Source: Alphaproteobacteria bacterium
Lineage (GTDB): Bacteria > Pseudomonadota > Alphaproteobacteria > CAAHEQ01 > UBA3637
DNA length: 64,000 bases
Reading direction: 5' to 3'
Assembly: GCA_045605805.1 (NCBI GenBank)
Contig: JAZUQR010000010.1
Span: forward strand, 77,372 to 141,371
Position 1 is the stretch's first letter. Every line of letters starts with the position of its first letter. Both the position numbers and the translations under genes were made by a program. This document shows, piece after piece, positions 56,301 to 64,000 of this stretch. The notes below the pieces were generated by a model, which worked only from the letters and a program-made list of their open reading frames with translations, did not search any database and was not told where the DNA came from.

Positions 56301-57488
56301 CAAGGCTTCTTCTCTGGTTGTGTTTTTATCGGCCACCAATGTGTCACGGATATAGGACCCAACGGTCACATTATCAATAAACAAGACGGGGATTTCTTTT
56401 GTTTTTAACTCATTTAATTTGGCAAAATCGTCTTCTGTCAATTCATCACCGGCTTCCAAAATCACTTCACCTGTTTTTTCATCAATTAAATCAGATGCTA
56501 CAAAACGACCATATAAATCTTCGTCTTTTAATAAGATTTCTTTTAGGCCATCTCGTTCCAACTTTTTGGCTTTGGCGGCAATCAATTTTTCGCCTTTTGG
56601 AGCCACAACTGTCCCATCTTCGGCGTTCACCAAATCATACATCAACTTTGTGCCTTTGATGCGTTCTGCATTATAGGCTGTTTTCCAACCTTTTTTCACA
56701 CGAGTGAATACTGTTGTTTCATAGAAGGCATTTAAGATTTCTTCTTTGCTCATCCCTATCACATCGGATGGATCAATTTCTTTGCCCGCTTTGGCAGCTT
56801 CGGCCCGTTTTTCGGCTGTATACGCACTGTCTAAGGCATACAAGAATGTTGTAGCCGGCAATTTGCGGCGGCGGTCTATACGTACATAGAGCAAGTCTTT
56901 GGCATCAAATTCAAAGTCAATCCATGACCCACGATACGGAATAATACGGGCGCTGAATAAATATTTACCCGAGGAGTGTGTTTCACCGTTATCATGCCCA
57001 AAGAAAACACCAGGGGAACGGTGCATTTGGCTTACCACCACACGTTCTGTGCCATTCACCACAAATGTACCCTTTTCTGTCATCATAGGCAAATCGCCCA
57101 TATAGACATCTTGTTCCTTAATATCACGAATGGAACGGGCGCCTGTATCAGCATCCACATCCCACACAACCAAACGCAATGTCGCACGCACCGGTACGGA
57201 ATAAGTTAAACTGCGTTTCAAACATTCATCCACATCAAACTTTGGCTCATCCAGTTCATATTTGACGAATTCCAAATCCCCCCGTCCAGAAAAATCGTGA
57301 ATCGGAAAGATAGAACCAAATACTGCTTGCAACCCTTTGTCTTCCCGCTTATCTGCCGGAACACCTTCTTGCAAAAAATGTTTATAAGACTGAACTTGGA
57401 CATCAATCAAGTCTGGCATTTCCATAATGCTTTCAATGCGTCCAAAACTTCTGCGGATTCTCCGGCGATTTACTTCAGATTTAATCAT
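53310..57488 (-). CDS. rpoB: RNA polymerase beta subunit
   Basis: [33 protein letters not shown] and GGQRFGEME motifs. Confidence 0.99.
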   Translation of the reverse strand: MIKSEVNRRRIRRSFGRIESIMEMPDLIDVQVQSYKHFLQEGVPADKREDKGLQAVFGSIFPIHDFSGRGDLEFVKYELDEPKFDVDECLKRSLTYSVPVRATLRLVVWDVDADTGARSIRDIKEQDVYMGDLPMMTEKGTFVVNGTERVVVSQMHRSPGVFFGHDNGETHSSGKYLFSARIIPYRGSWIDFEFDAKDLLYVRIDRRRKLPATTFLYALDSAYTAEKRAEAAKAGKEIDPSDVIGMSKEEILNAFYETTVFTRVKKGWKTAYNAERIKGTKLMYDLVNAEDGTVVAPKGEKLIAAKAKKLERDGLKEILLKDEDLYGRFVASDLIDEKTGEVILEAGDELTEDDFAKLNELKTKEIPVLFIDNVTVGSYIRDTLVADKNTTREEALIDIYKIMNPGELPAVETADQRFRNMIFNPEHYDLSAVGRVKLNARLGVSNEEVPPTMRILRKEDVLGVMKILTQIKDGLGNVDDIDNLGNRRVRPVGELMENQYRIGLLRMERLIREHMTSSDIDTVMPSDLVNAKPLSTAVREFFASSQLSQFMDQNNPLSEITHKRRLSALGPGGLTRDRAGMEVRDVHPTHYGRICPIETPEGQNIGLINSLATYAKVDEYGFIETPYRKVVDKKVTDEVVYMTAMEESKYTIAQANSLKNEKGELIEEMVTARRDGEVTMVRPEEVDFIDLIARQIVSAAASLIPFLENDDANRALMGSNMQKQGVPLLKNQSPLVGTGMELMVAKDSRAALTAKRSGVVEFVDSSRIVIRATEEVDTHASGVDIYRLGKFQRSNVDTCMTQEPLVHTGDKVEKGEIIADGACTEMGELALGRNVLVAFMPWNGYNYEDAILISERIARDDVFTSIHIREYEITARDTKLGQEEITRDIPNVGEDALRNLDETGVIYVGAEVKAGDILVGRVTPKGETVMTPEEKLLRTIFGEKAADVRDSSLRVPPGVSGTVVDVRVFTRRGLEKDERALAIEQAEISKLAKDRDDEKAILEGNFAYRARQLLVGQTVSKADKFKKGDVLTAEDLQELNDVALRKINVADDKVMAEMEQLIQTLDEGERVLQSKFENKVEKLQRGDDMMAGELKKIRVFVATKMKLQLGDKMSGRHGNKGVVSRVLPIEDMPYTADGKPVDIVLNPLGVPSRMNVGQILETHLGYACHKLGEQINEVVKQVKANTAKVEDLRAKLKDVYGDKEYNAKVAELNDEDVMKMAANLKDGMPIATPVFDGAHQEDIDAMLKKAGLDVSGQVTLFDGRTGEPFERKVTIGYMYMLKLHHLVDEKIHARSIGPYSLVTQQPLGGKAQFGGQRFGEMEVWALEAYGAAYTLQEMLTIKSDDVSGRVKAYEAIIRGDTSFEAGIPESFNVLVKEMRSLGLDVELNQNEQ

Positions 57489-57571
57489 GCACACCCCATT
57501 ATCAAAAATTTCACAAATCTCTTCGGTGTAAAAAGGGCACCGAACCCCTTAAAAACTTTTTTAAGCGCATC

Positions 57572-57602
57572 AAGGTTGCGCCCATTTTTCGGGCACAACC
57601 TT
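57572..57602 (-). promoter_or_regulatory. Hairpin in the rplL-rpoB intergenic region (possible attenuator)
   Basis: AAGGTTGCGCCC..GGGCACAACCTT inverted repeat; a second hairpin TTCGGTG..CACCGAA near 57522-57545. Confidence 0.4.
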
Positions 57603-57620
57603 ATGCAACTTTTTGATGAA

Positions 57621-57989
57621 TTATTTCAATTCAACTTTGGCGCCAGCGGCTTCCAAAACTTTCTTGAAGTTTTCGGCTTCTTCTTTTGTTGCGCCTTTCT
57701 TCAATTCTTTTGGAGCACCGTCAACCAAGTCTTTGGCTTCTTTCAAGCCCAAACCTGTGATGGTACGCACTTCTTTAATCACAGCGATTTTGTTGGCACC
57801 GGCATCAGCCAAGATGACATCAAATTCTGTTTTTTCTTCGGCAGCACCAGCAGCGGCACCAGCGGCAGCAACGGCCACAGGAGCAGCAGCGGAAACGCCC
57901 CATTTTTCTTCCAATTGTTTTGCCAATTCGGCAGCTTCTAAAACTGTCAGAGCAGACAATTCATCAATAATTTTTGCTAAATCAGTCAT
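57621..57989 (-). CDS. rplL: 50S ribosomal protein L7/L12
   Basis: [24 protein letters not shown] and GLKEAKDLV motifs. Confidence 0.98.
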   Translation of the reverse strand: MTDLAKIIDELSALTVLEAAELAKQLEEKWGVSAAAPVAVAAAGAAAGAAEEKTEFDVILADAGANKIAVIKEVRTITGLGLKEAKDLVDGAPKELKKGATKEEAENFKKVLEAAGAKVELK

Positions 57990-58022
57990 TTTCTTTTCCT
58001 TTCTTATGTTAGACTGTTAAAC

Positions 58023-58508
58023 TTAAGCAGCTTGTTCTTTTTCGGAATAAGCTTTGGCCAATCTCGCCAATTGTCCAGCAGGTGCCTGCAACAAACCGAC
58101 CAACTTGCCACGCAATTGATCCAAAGACGGTAAGGCGGCCAATTCTTTGACTTTATTTGCGTCAATGAGTTCACCGTTCATTAAACCGCCAACGATTTCA
58201 AACTTTTCGTTGTCTTTTGCAGTTTTGGCAATAGCACGAGAAGCCGCAATTGGGTCTTCCGAGTATGCAATTGCCACAGGGCCCTTTAACAAATCATTTA
58301 ATGGTTCGCAAGGTGTTCCTGCCAGAGCAATTTTTGCTAAACGATTCTTGGCAACTTTATAACTGGCGCCATCGGCACGCACAGCATTTCGCAAAGCAGT
58401 TGTTTCAGGCATTGTTAAACCTTTATTCAAGGCCACAACGACTAAACCCGCTTTTGTGAACGCATCAGCGTATTCGGCAATCAGTTGTTGTTTTTCTTCA
58501 CGTTTCAC
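58023..58508 (-). CDS. rplJ: 50S ribosomal protein L10
   Basis: KVAKNRLAKIA and LPSLDQLRGKL motifs; operon position; GTG start. Confidence 0.96.
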   Translation of the reverse strand: MKREEKQQLIAEYADAFTKAGLVVVALNKGLTMPETTALRNAVRADGASYKVAKNRLAKIALAGTPCEPLNDLLKGPVAIAYSEDPIAASRAIAKTAKDNEKFEIVGGLMNGELIDANKVKELAALPSLDQLRGKLVGLLQAPAGQLARLAKAYSEKEQAA

Positions 58509-58594
58509 TTTTTTACTCCGTTTCTTTAAGAGTTCGGGGTGTCCCGTTCTCTTGGTTTCTACACAAGGATTGAGAGTGACTCTCTTTCCTTCTT

Positions 58595-58722
58595 AGCCCT
58601 GTCCAGAAACCGTTTTCGCTTATTCCAATTAGGAATATCTAACAACTGTTCTGTCTATATCGGCGGGATGCTTCCCATTAAACCTACCCCGTGGCAGATG
58701 CCCATAGTCTTGGACAGGAATT
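58595..58722 (-). promoter_or_regulatory. L10 leader (ribosomal protein autoregulatory RNA)
   Basis: Minus strand CCTGTCCAAGAC..TAGAC..GGACAGG upstream of rplJ. Confidence 0.6.
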
Positions 58723-58757
58723 TTTCGCCCCACCTTAAAGGCAGGGCAAAACTGGTT

Positions 58758-59444
58758 TTAAGCCAAAATGCTGGCGACAGACACTTTCACGCCCACGCCT
58801 TGTGTGCTGCTGAGAGCAACTTGCTTCAAGAACACACCCGAGGAGGAGGCCGGTTTCAAAGCGGCAATCGCTTTGATGAAGGTCACCACATTTTGTTTAA
58901 TCATATCGTTTTCAAAGCTGGCTTTACCAATACCGGCATGCACGATAGCACCGGCATCCACTTTGAATTGAACTTGTCCGGCTTTGGCGGCTTTCACAGC
59001 ACCAGCCACATCCATTGTCACTGTTCCCAACTTTGGATTTGGCATCAAGCCTTTTGGCCCCAAGATTTTACCCACACGACCAACAGCACCCATCATATCA
59101 GGGGTGGCAATCAAGCGGTCAAATTCAATTTTACCGGCCATAATATCGTTCATTAAATCGTCATCTCCAACAATTTCGGCACCGGCTTCTTTAGCTTCGG
59201 TTGCTTTTGGCCCTTTGGCAAACACGGCCACACGCAATGTTTTTCCAGTTCCGGCAGGCAACACAACGGCACCACGCACCATTTGGTCGGATTGTTTCGG
59301 ATCCACACCCAAATGAACGGAGATTTCAACTGTTTCGTCAAACTTGGCTGTTGCACCGGCTTTTACCAAAGCAATGGCTTCATCCAAGTCATACACTTTT
59401 TTTTCAACGGCTTCATAAGCCTTTTTTAATCTTTTTCCTGTCAT
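58758..59444 (-). CDS. rplA: 50S ribosomal protein L1
   Basis: KFDETVE, DQMVRG and [11 protein letters not shown] motifs. Confidence 0.98.
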   Translation of the reverse strand: MTGKRLKKAYEAVEKKVYDLDEAIALVKAGATAKFDETVEISVHLGVDPKQSDQMVRGAVVLPAGTGKTLRVAVFAKGPKATEAKEAGAEIVGDDDLMNDIMAGKIEFDRLIATPDMMGAVGRVGKILGPKGLMPNPKLGTVTMDVAGAVKAAKAGQVQFKVDAGAIVHAGIGKASFENDMIKQNVVTFIKAIAALKPASSSGVFLKQVALSSTQGVGVKVSVASILA

Positions 59445-59447
59445 CTC

Positions 59448-59873
59448 TTACTCCACATCAATACCCATTGAACGAGCCTGACCAGCAACCATTTCCATGG
59501 CGGCTTCCACTGTATGACAGTTCATATCAGACATTTTCTTTGTTGCAATTTCTTTAACTTGAGCTTGTGTCAATTTACCGGCTTTATCACGGCCAGGGGT
59601 TTTGCTTGCTTTTGTTAAATTCAATGCTTTTTTAATCATATAGCTGACCGGAGGCAGTTTTGTTTCAAATGTAAAACTGTGGTCTTGATACACTGTGATT
59701 GTCACAGGAATCGGAGAACCCGGTTCTTCTTGAGCTGTTTTTGCATTAAATGCCTTACAGAATTCCATGATGTTCACACCACGTTGACCCAAAGCAGGCC
59801 CAACTGGGGGAGACGGATTGGCTTTACCGGCTTCAATTTGAAGTTTGATATAGCCTAATACTTTTTTTGCCAT
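59448..59873 (-). CDS. rplK: 50S ribosomal protein L11
   Basis: [13 protein letters not shown] and FCKAFNA motifs. Confidence 0.98.
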   Translation of the reverse strand: MAKKVLGYIKLQIEAGKANPSPPVGPALGQRGVNIMEFCKAFNAKTAQEEPGSPIPVTITVYQDHSFTFETKLPPVSYMIKKALNLTKASKTPGRDKAGKLTQAQVKEIATKKMSDMNCHTVEAAMEMVAGQARSMGIDVE

Positions 59874-59917
59874 TTTATAACCTTCTTTTGTTTATAGTGC
59901 CAATCTTTTTTCGGTTT

Positions 59918-59947
59918 CGTGGTATGAAGATGGCTTCTTCTTCCACA
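59918..59947 (-). promoter_or_regulatory. Possible L1-binding leader hairpin upstream of rplK
   Basis: Minus strand GTGG-AA-GAAG..CTTC-ATA-CCAC hairpin with an asymmetric internal loop. Confidence 0.35.
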
Positions 59948-59993
59948 AGAGGTATTTTGTCGGATTGGTTGCGGCTGATACCCCTTAAAACTG

Positions 59994-60521
59994 TTAAACT
60001 TTTTTTACTTGACCATAGTCCAAATCAACAGGGGTGGCCCGTCCGAAGATGGATACAGAGACTTTTAATCTTTCTTTTTCGGCATCTACTTCTTCCACAG
60101 TTCCCACAAAACTTGCAAACGGCCCATCAATCACACGCACCTGTTCGCCAATTTCATAAGTGACAGAAGAACGCACATGTTCCACGCCTTCTTGTACTTG
60201 ATTCAAAATACGATTCGCTTCAGCTTCTGTAATCGGTGTAGGGTTTTTACCCCCCAAAAAGCCTGTGACTTTTGGGGTTTTTGTGACCAAATACCATGTT
60301 TCATCGGTCATTTCCATTTTGGCCAACACATAGCCCGGGAAAAACTTGCGGGTTGATTCTTTTTTTGTGCCGTTTTGAACAGTCATCACTTTTTCCGTTG
60401 GAACAAGCACTTCTTGCACTTTATCCGTTAAACCTTTTTTTTCGGCTTGTTCTTTAATGAAATCAGCCACTTGATTTTCAAACCCCGAATATGCATGAAT
60501 CACATACCAACGAATCGCCAT
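59994..60521 (-). CDS. nusG: Transcription antitermination factor NusG
   Basis: [27 protein letters not shown] and IFGRATPV motifs. Confidence 0.97.
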   Translation of the reverse strand: MAIRWYVIHAYSGFENQVADFIKEQAEKKGLTDKVQEVLVPTEKVMTVQNGTKKESTRKFFPGYVLAKMEMTDETWYLVTKTPKVTGFLGGKNPTPITEAEANRILNQVQEGVEHVRSSVTYEIGEQVRVIDGPFASFVGTVEEVDAEKERLKVSVSIFGRATPVDLDYGQVKKV

Positions 60522-60522
60522 T

Positions 60523-60711
60523 TTATCCTCCAATAATCATACGCATTATCCAAGCAAGGACGCTGTCCACACTGACCAAAAAAACAGCCAAAAGCAAGCT
60601 GACCACAATCACCACAATCGTTCCTTGCATTGTTTCAGAACGAGTTGGCCAAGTAATTTTGCTTATTTCTTGCTTTACTTGACGCACAAATTGTGCCGGA
60701 GTTGTTTTCAT
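60523..60711 (-). CDS. secE: Preprotein translocase SecE
   Basis: F...VKQE..KITWP plus one TM segment, upstream of nusG. Confidence 0.93.
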   Translation of the reverse strand: MKTTPAQFVRQVKQEISKITWPTRSETMQGTIVVIVVSLLLAVFLVSVDSVLAWIMRMIIGG

Positions 60712-60729
60712 TTGCCTTATCCTTTTGTT

Positions 60730-60805
60730 TGGCAGGGGCAGTAGGCCTCGAACCCACGACCTTCGGTTTTGGAGACCGACGCTCTACCAACTGAGCTATA
60801 CCCCT
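60730..60805 (-). tRNA. tRNA-Trp (CCA)
   Basis: AGGGGTATAGCTCAGTTGGTAGAGC..CTCCAAA..GGTTCGA..CCCCTGCCA cloverleaf, 76 nt, encoded CCA end. Confidence 0.97.
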
Positions 60806-60834
60806 TGCGCCTTATTCAAACTTACGGTGGCGAT

Positions 60835-60863
60835 ATTATACAGGAAAACGCTTTGCTTGTCAA
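60835..60863 (-). promoter_or_regulatory. Consensus sigma70 promoter for tRNA-Trp-secE-nusG
   Basis: Minus strand TTGACA-17 bp-TATAAT followed by a GC-rich discriminator. Confidence 0.8.
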
Positions 60864-60897
60864 CCCCCTTTTTAAGGATTTTTTAGCAAAGCGTTTT
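60845..60897. repeat. Perfect 13-bp inverted repeat bracketing the -35 element
   Basis: AAAACGCTTTGCT (60845-60857) and AGCAAAGCGTTTT (60885-60897). Confidence 0.85.
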
Positions 60898-60910
60898 GAT
60901 ACGGTTTAGT

Positions 60911-62662
60911 TTATTGACAAATATTCACTGTTTCTGTACATGAACCATCACAGTAACAGAAGTGGTGTTCGTGTTCGTAAGACTTCTCATCACATCTAGA
61001 TACTGTTGTTGTGCCACACTTCCTACAGTTGCTATATTTTCTGCTAATCGTAGACTGACTTTCGTGAGAACCATATTTTGTTTCACAAGTATAAGTTCGG
61101 GTTGTTGTACAGCTTATACATTGTGTGCTGGCGGTTGCGCCGGTGTTAGAGGTGGTTTGATTAGCACCACAGGCTTCACATCTTGTTTGCCCTGTTTTGT
61201 CTTGATAGTATCCCTTAGGACAAGCGTCACAGGCTGTATTCCCAGCGCTGGATTTATATGTACCTTTAGCACATTGTTGGCAAGTAGTACCGTTCAATGT
61301 ATAGCCGGCATTGCACACACATTGTGTGCTGGCGGTTGCGCCGGTGTTAGAGGTGGTTTGATTAGTACCACAGGATGTACAACTTGTTTGCCCTGTTTTG
61401 TCTTGATAGTATCCCTTAGGACAAGCGTCACAAGCTGTATTCCCAGCGCTGGATTTATATGTTCCCGTGTCACATGCTTGGCAAGTGCCGTCTTTTAATG
61501 TATAGCCGGCCTTACACTGGCATTGATCGCCGCTCCATTCACTATTTGCTGGGCAGGCCTCACACTGTTCACTTGTGCTATTCCACTTTGGCTTGTCCTC
61601 TGGGCACACACAGTCTGTGCTGGCGGTTGCGCCGGTGCGAGTGGTTATTTGTCCACCATCACAGTCTTTACAACTTGTTTGACCTATCTCGTCTTGATAT
61701 TTACCCACGGCACAGGCTGTACAGGTGTCATTCCCTAGCCAGTCTTTATATGTACCCACGGCACATGGGGTGCAAGTGCCGGCATTTTCATATTCTCCCT
61801 TATTACACACGCATTCTGAAGCCATCCATATTTTTCCGCTGCTGCTGTCACAAACACATGCGTTGCTTTGGCAGATTCGGCCACCATCACAGTGGTCATT
61901 GCTGGTACATTCCACACAGCTATTCGCTGAACAATATGGCCTGTCGGATGGACATTCACATAAATTGCCACACATCTCTGAACAGCATTTTCCGTTTGCA
62001 TCTTCTTTTTTATCAGAGGGGCATTTATGAAACTCCGCTGGTGTGTCTTCATCTGGGGTGTCATACAAATACACTTTACCCTCTTCACCTGCATCTGTTC
62101 TGCCACTTACATTAAAGGCAGCACGGAAACGCCCTGTCGTTTCACAGTTTTGAATTGTCGCTGATGACAATGGGGCAAAAGTTGCTGCTTTCTTATTCTG
62201 TTGTTTAATATCCTGCAACAGGTCTGTAGCTGAGTCTATTTTTGATGTTTGTCCCGTCTTAAACACCGCCGAATATTCGCTAAAGGCATTTATATATTCA
62301 GCGCAGGTGCCAGGTTCAATTTGTAAATCAACAATATATTCTTTGAGCCCCATGGCGGTGACAACCATAAAATGGCCATCTTCTTCCGACAAAATCATCA
62401 CTTCCCCACTGCTCGTTGTTTTTGGACCAGATACAACGGATTTAATGGATATTGGTTCGTTTATGTTGCTTTTCCTAATAATGCGGGAGTTTTGCAAGGC
62501 CGCAATAACTGTGTTCACATGTTTCGCATTTTCTTGCTTTTTAGCCCTTTGTACCAACCAGCTAAAACCAAATACACCACTCAGCGTTATTATTCCCACC
62601 AGAATCAAAACGGCAATCATTTCTAGCATTGTGCGACCAGAATCTTGCTTTTTACTTGTCAT
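60911..62662 (-). CDS. Type IV pilin-like protein with C-terminal Cys-rich GCC2/GCC3 (ephrin-receptor-like) repeats
   Basis: Leader QDSG|RTMLEMIAVLILVGII; CPKGYYQDKTGQTSC-type repeats. Start set at ATG 62662. Confidence 0.82.
   Translation of the reverse strand: MTSKKQDSGRTMLEMIAVLILVGIITLSGVFGFSWLVQRAKKQENAKHVNTVIAALQNSRIIRKSNINEPISIKSVVSGPKTTSSGEVMILSEEDGHFMVVTAMGLKEYIVDLQIEPGTCAEYINAFSEYSAVFKTGQTSKIDSATDLLQDIKQQNKKAATFAPLSSATIQNCETTGRFRAAFNVSGRTDAGEEGKVYLYDTPDEDTPAEFHKCPSDKKEDANGKCCSEMCGNLCECPSDRPYCSANSCVECTSNDHCDGGRICQSNACVCDSSSGKIWMASECVCNKGEYENAGTCTPCAVGTYKDWLGNDTCTACAVGKYQDEIGQTSCKDCDGGQITTRTGATASTDCVCPEDKPKWNSTSEQCEACPANSEWSGDQCQCKAGYTLKDGTCQACDTGTYKSSAGNTACDACPKGYYQDKTGQTSCTSCGTNQTTSNTGATASTQCVCNAGYTLNGTTCQQCAKGTYKSSAGNTACDACPKGYYQDKTGQTRCEACGANQTTSNTGATASTQCISCTTTRTYTCETKYGSHESQSTISRKYSNCRKCGTTTVSRCDEKSYEHEHHFCYCDGSCTETVNICQ
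61118..61510. repeat. 201-bp period tandem duplication (67 aa)
   Basis: Copies start at 61118 and 61319 and are near-identical for about 145 bp; a partial third copy lies at 61616-61637. Confidence 0.9.
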
Positions 62663-62702
62663 ATTTATCCCCTTTTTAGTCAAAAAAAACATTATTTTTG
62701 AC

Positions 62703-62732
62703 AGTATAGGCTTATTTTTTCAGAAATGTCAA
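62703..62732 (-). promoter_or_regulatory. Putative promoter of the Cys-rich pilin gene
   Basis: Minus strand TTGACA-18 bp-TATACT. Confidence 0.55.
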
Positions 62733-62749
62733 GGGATAATTTTGAAAAT

Positions 62750-62782
62750 AAAAAAATCCCCGTCAGGAGGGTGCGGGGATTT
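62750..62782 (-). terminator. rRNA operon terminator
   Basis: Minus strand AAATCCCCG..CGGGGATTTTTTT. Confidence 0.75.
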
Positions 62783-62826
62783 GAAATGTTATTTTTTATG
62801 AAAAGAAGTGTTGAAAGAACATAAAA

Positions 62827-62944
62827 GGTCTGGCAGCGACCTACTCTAGCGCAGCTTAAGCTGGACTACCATTGGCGTAGAAGAGTTTCACGTCCGAGTT
62901 CGGGATGGGATCGGGTGGTTCCTCAACACTATAACCACCAGACC
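62827..62944 (-). rRNA. rrf: 5S rRNA
   Basis: Terminal stem GGTCTGG/CCAGACC and CCGATCCCATCCCGAACTCGG..GTGAAA motifs; ends approximate. Confidence 0.95.
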
Positions 62945-63037
62945 ATTTATGTCCTTTCTAGGTCTTTTATAAACAAAGGCGTATTTTTTAAGATTACATA
63001 TACGCATAGAATTTGAAGATAAATCTTCAAGTGAATA

Positions 63038-64000
<963 letters not shown>

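Noticed and set aside
61118-61606. Diversity-generating retroelement (template/variable repeat pair) among the Cys-rich gene repeats
   Set aside because: Mismatches between copies are not confined to adenines on either strand, all copies are coding and in frame, and there is no reverse transcriptase in the window.

Overview
Gene-dense, AT-rich chromosomal segment from an alphaproteobacterium; the protein sequences and gene content suggest an uncultured, probably anaerobic or host-associated lineage (inference). Most of it is core genome: rpoZ (partial), metG, kdsB, rsmE, rnhB, oadGAB, GTP-type PEPCK, rho, lgt, rnd, dnaKJ, typA, dnaN-recF-gyrB, tRNA-Trp-secE-nusG-rplKAJL-rpoBC, and the 3' end of an rRNA operon (23S, 5S). 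Single accessory genes are tucked behind these operons. Four things stand out. (1) Two very Cys-rich repeat surface proteins about 48 kb apart, one with a Sec signal and one fused to an atypical type IV pilin leader (G|RTMLE), share a 118-bp near-identical block and smaller mosaic pieces, which points to module exchange. (2) A 0.7-kb cassette after rpoC is bounded by a duplicated terminator and carries a C4/CI-antisense-RNA-like leader with an attenuator in front of a lipoprotein gene. (3) A membrane-anchored T4-lysozyme-like protein has a consensus promoter and a 105-bp tandem duplication. (4) There are several degenerate or rearranged enzymes (PyrD-like, tandem NYN, ABC transporter). I saw no CRISPR array, transposase, integrase or reverse transcriptase. 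All family assignments come from recognising motifs by eye, not from database searches.
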